From Candidatus Nomurabacteria bacterium RIFCSPLOWO2_01_FULL_39_18 (GTDB lineage: Bacteria; Patescibacteriota; Minisyncoccia; Phycocordibacterales; UBA9973), in the NCBI GenBank assembly GCA_001787005.1, contig MFUV01000009.1:1929-61772 (forward strand): a stretch of 59,844 nucleotides of DNA, read 5' to 3'. The translations under genes were made by a program, and so were the position numbers. Below the pieces are notes generated by a model that did no database searches, was not told where the DNA came from, and worked only from the letters and a program-made list of their open reading frames with translations. Positions 16,034 to 22,565 of the stretch are shown here, piece after piece. The stretch's first letter is position 1. Every line of letters begins with the position of its first letter.

Positions 16034-16699
16034 ATGAAAGATTTTTCAGTCGAATTGATTATTCTGGTTATCATTATACTCGTTTTTATTTCCGGGGCTT
16101 CTTTTCTTAAATCTCAATTTCTTAATCCCGATTATTTGTTTAATGAAGGCTCTTCACTATCTGTCCAATTATTTGATAAAATTTTTAACCCAAAAACAAT
16201 ATCTCTTTTTCGTACCTTGCTCTTTTTGTTAACTGCATTTTTTTTTACAATTATCACTTATTGCTTTGTTCGGATGTTCGAAATCAGGAAGAAAGAGCAT
16301 GCGCATCTACAGCAAGAGATTAGGGAATATGCCCATCGCCAGGCAGAAAGGGAAACTAAACTGCAAGAGGGGATGGATGTATCTAAAAATGAAAGGTGGA
16401 ATAAAACACTCGTCTATCTCTTCTCCGAAAGTTCTAGTGACTGGAAATTGGCTGTTATTGAAGCAGACGCTATACTCGAGAGTCTGATGACAGAGCTCGG
16501 ATTTAAGGGTGAAAATTTGGGCGAAAAATTAAAATCTGCCAACCAGGAAGATTTCCGCAATCTTACCACCGCCTGGGAGGTGCATACTGTCAGGAATAGA
16601 ATAGCGCACGAAGGCTTGTCATTTAATCTCTCGCAACACGAGGCAAAAAGAGTGATCGCTCTTTATGAAAGAATTTTCCGCCAGTACGGGTATATTTAG
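16034..16699 (+). CDS. Hypothetical membrane protein
   Basis: 221-aa ORF with two N-terminal TM helices and a C-terminal WEVHTVRNRIAHEG motif. Confidence 0.5.
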   Translation: MKDFSVELIILVIIILVFISGASFLKSQFLNPDYLFNEGSSLSVQLFDKIFNPKTISLFRTLLFLLTAFFFTIITYCFVRMFEIRKKEHAHLQQEIREYAHRQAERETKLQEGMDVSKNERWNKTLVYLFSESSSDWKLAVIEADAILESLMTELGFKGENLGEKLKSANQEDFRNLTTAWEVHTVRNRIAHEGLSFNLSQHEAKRVIALYERIFRQYGYI

Positions 16700-16725
16700 C
16701 GTCTAAAAACAAAAACAATAAATTG

Positions 16726-17042
16726 TTGCGGGAGGCCGAATCGAACGGCCGTCTCAAGGTTATGCTTTACCACCATAGTTTTCACTACCCTTCAAATACT
16801 TTTAGGTTTGTGGTCTGGACTATACCATCTCCTTTTTTGAAAAACCAAAATTAAGGAGCTCATCGTCTAGTCTCTACACTTTTATTTCTGAAAAAATTCA
16901 GAAAATTTAGCTCGGAATTGTCTTTCTGTTTTCTCACAGAGAGGATTTCTCCGAATTTGATGAGTTCATACCTCAAAGTTTCCCAAGAGGGGGCCCATAG
17001 AATAACGCTGAGCCTTGCGAGATGCCTCTTCTCTATCCCGCT
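16726..17042 (-). tRNA. tRNA-Met(CAU), initiator-like, split by a 246-nt group I intron in the anticodon loop
   Basis: Exon 1 is AGCGGGA-TA-GAGA-AGAGGCA-TCTC-G-CAAGG-CT. Exon 2 is CATAA-CCTTG-AGAC-GGCCG-TTCGATT-CGGCC-TCCCGCA-A. The acceptor resembles E. coli tRNA-fMet (CGCGGGG/CCCCGCAA), with an unpaired 1:72 position and A73. Confidence 0.7.
16765..17010 (-). ncRNA. Group I intron (ORF-less) in the tRNA-Met anticodon loop, between U33 and C34
   Basis: The 5' exon ends in U and the intron ends in G. Exon GGCU can pair with intron GGCC (P1, with a U.G pair). GTAGAGACTAGAC and GGTATAGTCCAGAC match the R and S (P7) consensus elements. Confidence 0.7.
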
Positions 17043-17117
17043 ATACAAATCAGTCTATATTAAATTAAAAATATTTGCAAGTTGTTTTTGTACCCATTAT
17101 AGTACATAATATACCTT

Positions 17118-17795
17118 ATGTACTATCCACAAATAAAAGAGACAGCCAGATCAATGCGAAAAGGTGGTGTAAGTTTAGGCGATATCTCTAAAAAACTCCA
17201 TGTTACAAAATCCACGCTTAGTTTTTGGTGCAAAGATATCTTTCTTAAAAAATCGGCAATTTTAAAGATAAAAACAAAAGGCAAAGCAAAATCCATTATG
17301 GGTCTTCTACGGTATTCCGAGTCTAAACGAAAAGAGAGGATAGAAAGAAATATTCTGCAAAGAAGAGAAGGTGTTGAAATGTTAGGTAAAATATCGAACA
17401 GAGATATGTTAATGATTGGTTTAGGGTTGTATTGGGGAGAAGGTTATAAATATGAAAATGGTGAGCTTGGATTTACCAACAGCAATCCTTACATGATACG
17501 CTTTTATTTTAAATGGCTACAGTTATGGAGTGTCGAAAAAGATTCTCTTATATTTCGCTTAACTATAAATGAATTTTTTAGAAAGGAAGAAGATGATATA
17601 AAAAATTTCTGGTTGAATTTTCTAGGCGTTAAGAAAGAACAATTTTCAAAAACCACCTTTATAAAAACCAATCTGAAAAAAGGTTCTTTTAAAAACATTC
17701 AAAAATACAAAGGTATCTTAAGAGTTAAAGTAAGAAAAGGTACCGCTTTAAGAAATAAGATTCTTGGAGCGTTGGAACATGTCGCAAATGATTAA
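17118..17795 (+). CDS. HTH-LAGLIDADG endonuclease-like protein (free-standing)
   Basis: Has an N-terminal HTH (GVSLGDISKKLHVTKSTLSFW) and a LAGLIDADG block MLMIGLGLYWGEGYK. It is a paralogue of 20570..21190. Confidence 0.7.
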   Translation: MYYPQIKETARSMRKGGVSLGDISKKLHVTKSTLSFWCKDIFLKKSAILKIKTKGKAKSIMGLLRYSESKRKERIERNILQRREGVEMLGKISNRDMLMIGLGLYWGEGYKYENGELGFTNSNPYMIRFYFKWLQLWSVEKDSLIFRLTINEFFRKEEDDIKNFWLNFLGVKKEQFSKTTFIKTNLKKGSFKNIQKYKGILRVKVRKGTALRNKILGALEHVAND

Positions 17796-17836
17796 AACTT
17801 TCGTTTTTGCAAATTTTCTGTTATATTTCTTCTATT

Positions 17837-17912
17837 GTCGGGGTAGCTCAGTTGGTAGAGCAGAGGGATCATAATCCTCAGGTCGTGGGTTCAATCCCCA
17901 CCCCCGACACCA
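17837..17912 (+). tRNA. tRNA with CAU anticodon (elongator Met or Ile2), CCA encoded
   Basis: GTCGGGG-TA-GCTC-AGTTGGTA-GAGC-A-GAGGG-ATCATAA-TCCTC-AGGTC-GTGGG-TTCAATC-CCCAC-CCCCGAC-A-CCA. Confidence 0.85.
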
Positions 17913-18017
17913 AAAAAACAAACCTTTGAAATTATACGATTTTATGTATAATAGACTAGACGCATCAAGTATTTTACTGGAGAGGAAAAGAGTCGTGTTT
18001 CAAAAATACTTAAAAAT

Positions 18018-18089
18018 GCGGCTGTAGCTCAACGGTAGAGCACCCGCCTGTCACGTGGGAGGCCGTGGGGTCAGCACCCATCAGCCGCG
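18018..18089 (+). tRNA. tRNA-Asp(GUC) with a non-canonical T-loop
   Basis: GCGGCTG-TA-GCTC-AACGGTA-GAGC-A-CCCGC-CTGTCAC-GTGGG-AGGCC-GTGGG-GTCAGCA-CCCAT-CAGCCGC-G. The T-loop has G54 and G58 where T54 and A58 are expected. Confidence 0.7.
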
Positions 18090-18160
18090 CAGAGGAGAAT
18101 TTTTAAATATAACCTTTTAATGGTAAGGACTTTTTGGTTCCAACCTGATATACTTTTGGT

Positions 18161-18600
18161 ATGGAAGACAAAAAAATTATCATTAAAGTTCGGGCAGTTA
18201 TTTTACATGAAGGAAAGTTATTGGTAGTGCGACATATCCCCACGACACAAGTTTTGTGGCACTGCCTGGCGGCCATTTAGAATGGAGAGAAGATATAAAG
18301 GAATGTTTATCTAGGGAGATTATTGAAGAACTTGGAGTAAAACCAGAAATAGGAAAACTACTTTATATCAATAATTTTACACAAACAGATAATAAACAAT
18401 ATGTGGAGTTTTTCTTTGAGGTAAAGAACGGAGTAGATTATTTAGACACTCAAAAACTTACTCGTTCTCACGCCCACGAGATTGCTGAAATAGTATGGGT
18501 ATCTCCTAACGAGGATATTCACATACTTCCTAAAAATCTAGGTGAGGATTTTAAGGCAGGAAAGATAGTTTCAAATGAAGTTCGGTATATTAAAGGATAG
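18161..18600 (+). pseudogene. NUDIX hydrolase with a 1-nt frameshift near the T-run at 18252-18255
   Basis: Frame A gives MEDKKIIIKVRAVILHEGKLLVVRHIPTTQV, stopping at 18278-18280. Frame B continues FVALPGGHLEWREDIKECLSREIIEELGV, which is the NUDIX box. Confidence 0.7.
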
Positions 18601-18696
18601 AATGACCTTAGTATAGCAATCCACAAACTATTGCCGAAATCCAGCATGGTTGCCTAATATGGGTATGTGGTATACTATACGCATATATAAAAATTT

Positions 18697-18888
18697 ATGG
18701 ATATTCTTCCAAAGGAAAGATTCTTTCGTGTATATGCAAATTTGCCAGTTGGCTTGAGAGACCAAGTTGTTATTGTTGTACCCGAAGTTGGGCCAATGAG
18801 TTGGAATGCCGCATATGCTGAAGTTAGCAATAATACTAAGATCGGAGACACGATTGTTGAGAAGCTCATTGAACAAAAAATAATTTAA
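18697..18888 (+). CDS. Small hypothetical protein, first gene of a three-gene operon
   Basis: 63-aa ORF with TGgTATACT at 18668-18676. It shares an NLP...G...V...G..IVE pattern with the next ORF. Confidence 0.5.
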   Translation: MDILPKERFFRVYANLPVGLRDQVVIVVPEVGPMSWNAAYAEVSNNTKIGDTIVEKLIEQKII

Positions 18889-18893
18889 TTATT

Positions 18894-19127
18894 ATGGAAA
18901 CAGAACAAGAAATTATTGATTTGGTAGTTGCGCGTTTGCAAAACTTACCATCAAATAAAGATATTTCAGTTGGCTCTTCTGGTGAGTTTACTAAGAGCGA
19001 GCTTATTGAACATGTCAAAAAAGCTGATGATGTTGGCAAGAAAATGATTGCAATCGAAATGGATTTCTTGAGATCAATGAAAGACGGAATATTCTATGAG
19101 CAACATAGCATTAGTAACAACGCCTAG
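18894..19127 (+). CDS. Small hypothetical protein, an apparent paralogue of the preceding ORF
   Basis: 77-aa ORF with a 5-nt gap from the previous gene. Confidence 0.5.
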   Translation: METEQEIIDLVVARLQNLPSNKDISVGSSGEFTKSELIEHVKKADDVGKKMIAIEMDFLRSMKDGIFYEQHSISNNA

Positions 19128-19752
19128 CTCAGACTCTACAACTAGGTATATTTCAACTTGGGCCGAAGAAACAACCAAAAAGTTGGAGTCAAAACAACTT
19201 AAGTTTATTTTACTTAAAAAAGATCGAGCTACAGCCTCAATTGTAGAAAGTATGCTCAAAAAACATAGCCCATCACTATTATTTTTAAATGGACATGGTG
19301 GCCCCGACTCAGTGTGTGGTCATAACGATGAAATTTTGGTACAAGCCGGTAAGAATGGAATAGCTCTTAAAGGGGTTGTTGCATACGCTTTATCATGTAG
19401 TTCTGCAAAGACTCTTGGTCCAGCTACAGTTCAAGCCGGAGCTATCGCTTATATTGGCTATACCGAAGATTTTATATTCTTTATATCTCCGGAGAAGATG
19501 AAAAGGCCACAAGAGGATAAGACTGCAGAGATGTTTCTAGCACCCGCAAATCATGTCGTAGTTTCTCTTGCTAAAGGTCATACCACAGGAGAAGCAACTA
19601 ATGCGGCAAAAAATTACTTTCTCAAAAGTATTCAAAAACTTATCTCAAGTGAATCATCTGTTGACGAAAGGGAATATATAAGATATTTGATGTGGGACAT
19701 GCGTAGTCTTGTATGTCAGGGCGATCGTGATGCTGTGGTTGTTAGTAAGTAA
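19096..19752 (+). CDS. Hypothetical protein with a clan-CD (caspase/gingipain-fold)-like His-Cys dyad
   Basis: SLLFLNGHGG (His67) and VVAYALSC (Cys101) each follow a hydrophobic strand, which is the clan CD arrangement. It overlaps the upstream ORF by 32 nt. Confidence 0.4.
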   Translation: MSNIALVTTPSSDSTTRYISTWAEETTKKLESKQLKFILLKKDRATASIVESMLKKHSPSLLFLNGHGGPDSVCGHNDEILVQAGKNGIALKGVVAYALSCSSAKTLGPATVQAGAIAYIGYTEDFIFFISPEKMKRPQEDKTAEMFLAPANHVVVSLAKGHTTGEATNAAKNYFLKSIQKLISSESSVDEREYIRYLMWDMRSLVCQGDRDAVVVSK

Positions 19753-20022
19753 ATTGTTTTAATTTAAAAGGCTGGAATGTAGATTGTAGTATCATCTCCA
19801 CCAGCTACGATAAGTACCTGATGTGGCTTTTGTTCGGGTACCATGTTTAAACTATATCATTTCTGGATAAAAGGTGTTAGAAGATTCTACTCCTTCCAGA
19901 GATTTACTCCTTCTTGGCTCTGAGTTTAACCTAACTTTTCTCTAAAACTAGGTATATAAATATAACCCTTATGGTTGATGATTCGCTGAATTTTTCTTAA
20001 AAGAGGTGTATAATTAAGTTAT

Positions 20023-20469
20023 ATGAATATACAAAAAATAGTATTGCTCAAGTTGCGTTTTGTGATGGCATTTATTTTTCTCTGGGCATTTTTTGATAAA
20101 CTGTTGGGTCTTGGTTTTGCCACAACCAGTGAGAAAGCGTGGATTCACGGAGGTTCTCCAACGACTGGATTTTTATCAATGGGCGTCCAGGGGCCATTTG
20201 CCGAGGTATTTCATAGTTTGGCAGGAGTAGCAGTTGTGGATTGGCTGTTTATGCTCGGGCTTCTTTTCATTGGTGCTACCTTGCTTTTTAATAGATATGT
20301 TTTGTGGGGCGCCGTGGCTGGGATAGTAATGATGGTCTTGATGTGGCTTGCCCTTCTTTTCCCAGCAAACAATCCCATTATTGATGATCATATCGTTTAT
20401 GCCCTAGTCCTTACACTTCTTGCAATCAAAGATAAAACAGGCGAACTTTCAATTGGTGGCCGTTTCTGA
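20023..20469 (+). CDS. DoxX-family membrane protein
   Basis: 148 aa with four TM helices and the N-terminal LRFVMAFIFLWAFFDKLLGLGF pattern. Confidence 0.6.
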   Translation: MNIQKIVLLKLRFVMAFIFLWAFFDKLLGLGFATTSEKAWIHGGSPTTGFLSMGVQGPFAEVFHSLAGVAVVDWLFMLGLLFIGATLLFNRYVLWGAVAGIVMMVLMWLALLFPANNPIIDDHIVYALVLTLLAIKDKTGELSIGGRF

Positions 20470-20569
20470 CATCATACACCAAGTCGCTTTTTTGCAAAAT
20501 ATAGCAAAATAAACTAATAAATAGCTTTTCCAATTGAATTTTACATTATTTTGATGTTTATGGTAGACT

Positions 20570-21190
20570 ATGTATATACACCTTATAAGGTCTGCTATGG
20601 ATAAAAAGATTTTAGAAAATTTATATATAACAAAAAAACTCTCGTCTGCTGATATTGCTAGAAAATTTAGTTGCTCAGAAACCAAAATTAATTACTGGCT
20701 AGCTTTTCACAAGATAAAGAAAAGAACAATATCCGAGGCTATATATCAAAAAAACAATCCAAAAGGTGACCCCTTTTTATTTAATCGTCCGAGAACCCGT
20801 AATCAAATGTTTCTTTTTGGATTAGGGCTTGGTTTGTATTGGGGTGAGGGTACAAAAAGAAATCTCCATATGGTTAGGTTGGGTAATTCAGATCCACAAT
20901 TAATAAAGAAATTTATTGATTTTTTGGTTGATATCTATAATATTAATAAAAAAAGATTAAGGTTCCAACTACAAATTTATGATGACCTAAATTCAAATGA
21001 ACTTCTTAAGTTTTGGGCAAAATATTTATCAGTAAAAAATACTCAATTTTCTAAAACAACCATCTTAAAAAGAAGAGGAAAAGGAACTTATCTAGAAAAG
21101 ATGAAATACGGTGTAATAATTGTTGGTTTTGGAAATGTAAAATTAAGGAATCTTATTTGTGCTCAAATTGCAAACATGGAGAATTTATAA
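20570..21190 (+). CDS. HTH-LAGLIDADG endonuclease-like protein (free-standing, second paralogue)
   Basis: Has an HTH (LSSADIARKFSCSETKINYWL) and a LAGLIDADG block MFLFGLGLGLYWGEGTK. An alternative start exists at 20597. Confidence 0.7.
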   Translation: MYIHLIRSAMDKKILENLYITKKLSSADIARKFSCSETKINYWLAFHKIKKRTISEAIYQKNNPKGDPFLFNRPRTRNQMFLFGLGLGLYWGEGTKRNLHMVRLGNSDPQLIKKFIDFLVDIYNINKKRLRFQLQIYDDLNSNELLKFWAKYLSVKNTQFSKTTILKRRGKGTYLEKMKYGVIIVGFGNVKLRNLICAQIANMENL

Positions 21191-21213
21191 TACTATTTAC
21201 AAACAGTTAATAA

Positions 21214-21288
21214 GCCGTCGTAGCTTAGTGGTAAAGCACGTCATTGGTAATGACGAGACCGTGAGTCCGATCCTCACCGACGGCTCCA
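21214..21288 (+). tRNA. tRNA-Thr(GGU), CCA encoded
   Basis: GCCGTCG-TA-GCTT-AGTGGTA-AAGC-A-CGTCA-TTGGTAA-TGACG-AGACC-GTGAG-TCCGATC-CTCAC-CGACGGC-T-CCA. T-loop position 55 is C. Confidence 0.8.
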
Positions 21289-21361
21289 GCCACCCTAGCT
21301 CAGTTGGTAGAGCACGACTTTCGTAAAGTCGGGGTCCGCAGTTCGATCCTGCGGGGTGGCT
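21289..21361 (+). tRNA. tRNA-Thr(CGU)
   Basis: GCCACCC-TA-GCTC-AGTTGGTA-GAGC-A-CGACT-TTCGTAA-AGTCG-GGGTC-CGCAG-TTCGATC-CTGCG-GGGTGGC-T. It abuts the previous tRNA and the following ATG. Confidence 0.85.
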
Positions 21362-21362
21362 C

Positions 21363-21614
21363 ATGCCATATTATGTTTATTTTTTAAAAAGTTTGAAAGA
21401 TGGAAGATATTATGTTGGCGTCTCAAACGATGTAACAAGACGATTAGAAGAACACAATAAAGGACTTTCAAAATTTACAGCGCCTTTTAGTCCTTATGAA
21501 TTAAAAAGAGTTGAAAAATTTGTCAAAATAGAGGATGCTTATAAAAGAGAAAATTTTATTAAGAAAAAGAAAAGCAAAAAAATTATTGAATTAATTATTA
21601 ATTCGCCGATATAG
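21363..21614 (+). CDS. Mini GIY-YIG nuclease-domain protein
   Basis: Has YYVYFLKSLKDGRYYVGVSNDVTRRLEEHN (GIY...YVG...R...H/N). It is wedged between two tRNA-Thr(CGU) genes with no spacer. Confidence 0.75.
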   Translation: MPYYVYFLKSLKDGRYYVGVSNDVTRRLEEHNKGLSKFTAPFSPYELKRVEKFVKIEDAYKRENFIKKKKSKKIIELIINSPI

Positions 21615-21740
21615 TCCCGATGCTCTTGCATAGCAAGAAATCGGGATCCCGATTTCGCGAAAGCGAACATCGGGACTCAGCTGGCAGAACACTACTTTCG
21701 TAAAGTAGGAACGTGGGTTCGATTCCCACTTTCGGCTCCA
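21605..21740 (+). tRNA. Second tRNA-Thr(CGU)-like gene, interrupted after nt 10 by a 61-nt double hairpin. May be a pseudogene
   Basis: GCCGATA-TA-G[61 nt]CTC-AGCTGGCA-GAAC-A-CTACT-TTCGTAA-AGTAG-GAAC-GTGGG-TTCGATT-CCCAC-TTTCGGC-T-CCA. The acceptor stem pairs at 6 of 7 positions. Confidence 0.45.
21615..21675. repeat. Family-3 tandem hairpins (TCCCGAY...RTCGGGA, two units)
   Basis: TCCCGAT-GCTCTTGCATAGCAAGAA-ATCGGGA followed by TCCCGAT-TTCGCGAAAGCGAAC-ATCGGGA. Related units lie at 35355 and 37418. Confidence 0.75.
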
Positions 21741-21745
21741 GGTTT

Positions 21746-22048
21746 TTATTCTCCTATCAATATTCCGGCAGTAAGCCCGACCATTAAAGCAATTCCGCCC
21801 AGTATTAATATTCGAAGTCCTGATTTAAGGATTGGTTGTTTAGTAAATTTTGTCATGCTCATCCCAAGCGTGAAGAGCCCAATCAGAGTTATTACTATAG
21901 ACAGAGGTAGGGCATTTTTAATAGATAATACAAGATAAAAAAACAATGGGACGATACCACCCAAGATATACGCAAGAAACATATAAAATCCGCCCTTCAG
22001 AGATACGGATTTTTGGTTGTCTGAAATTCTTAGCTCGTGCGTGACCAT
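21746..22048 (-). CDS. VIT1/CCC1-family transporter, C-terminal (TM) half
   Basis: MVTHELRIS...GGIVPL with three TM helices. It is in frame with the upstream half. Confidence 0.6.
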   Translation of the reverse strand: MVTHELRISDNQKSVSLKGGFYMFLAYILGGIVPLFFYLVLSIKNALPLSIVITLIGLFTLGMSMTKFTKQPILKSGLRILILGGIALMVGLTAGILIGE

Positions 22049-22054
22049 TTCTTT

Positions 22055-22441
22055 TTAAATGAGTTTCTCATTTCGTGAAGCTTCTTCTGACATTTGCCTT
22101 GCTAAATTTTCTGACCAACCATTTTCTAAATACATTTCATAAAGTTCCTCCTTTTCCTCTTTTGGAAATTTTTTTAGTTCCTCCTTTTCTTCTTTTATTT
22201 TCCTCTCCTCTATTTCTTCTTGGGAACGATTTGACAAATAAGATCCTATGCCCATGGAGATAGATTCTACGGAAATGATGACTATTCCCGCCAGAATAAC
22301 TGTGGCGCGACTGTTGCTACCAATGGCTATGCCCGTGATTGAACCCAAGGTGGAAACCATGCCGTCTTCCATGCCGAAAACCACTTCTCTAAATACATTC
22401 GCAATAGAAGACTTTTGGTGATGTATATAATCTTTGTTCAT
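22055..22441 (-). CDS. VIT1/CCC1-family transporter, N-terminal half, ending at an in-frame TAA
   Basis: FREVVFGMEDGMVSTLGSITGIA plus a Glu-rich cytoplasmic segment. The junction reads KLI-TAA-KE-MVTHEL. Confidence 0.6.
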   Translation of the reverse strand: MNKDYIHHQKSSIANVFREVVFGMEDGMVSTLGSITGIAIGSNSRATVILAGIVIISVESISMGIGSYLSNRSQEEIEERKIKEEKEELKKFPKEEKEELYEMYLENGWSENLARQMSEEASRNEKLI

Positions 22442-22508
22442 TTTTCTTTACACTCCTGTTTCGATAAGTATAGCAAATATGTTTGATTTTTGATAAAGTA
22501 AGCTCAGG

Positions 22509-22565
22509 ATGAATATAGGATTTACAAAAATGCATGGTTTGGGAAATGACAAAAATTATGCCTGA
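22509..22565 (+). pseudogene. 18-codon relic of the diaminopimelate epimerase (DapF) N-terminus
   Basis: Encodes MNIGFTKMHGLGNDKNYA*. FxKMHGLGNDF is the conserved DapF N-terminus. The relic overlaps the prfB start out of frame. Confidence 0.45.

Noticed and set aside
22509-22565. Possible programmed +1 frameshift leader of prfB (a short frame-0 ORF ending in TGA, with RF2 continuing in +1)
   Set aside because: The slip site would be GCC-TGA, not the CUU-UGA shifty site, and there is no upstream SD-like stimulator. The short ORF looks like a DapF N-terminus rather than RF2 residues 1-25. I treat it as a gene relic.
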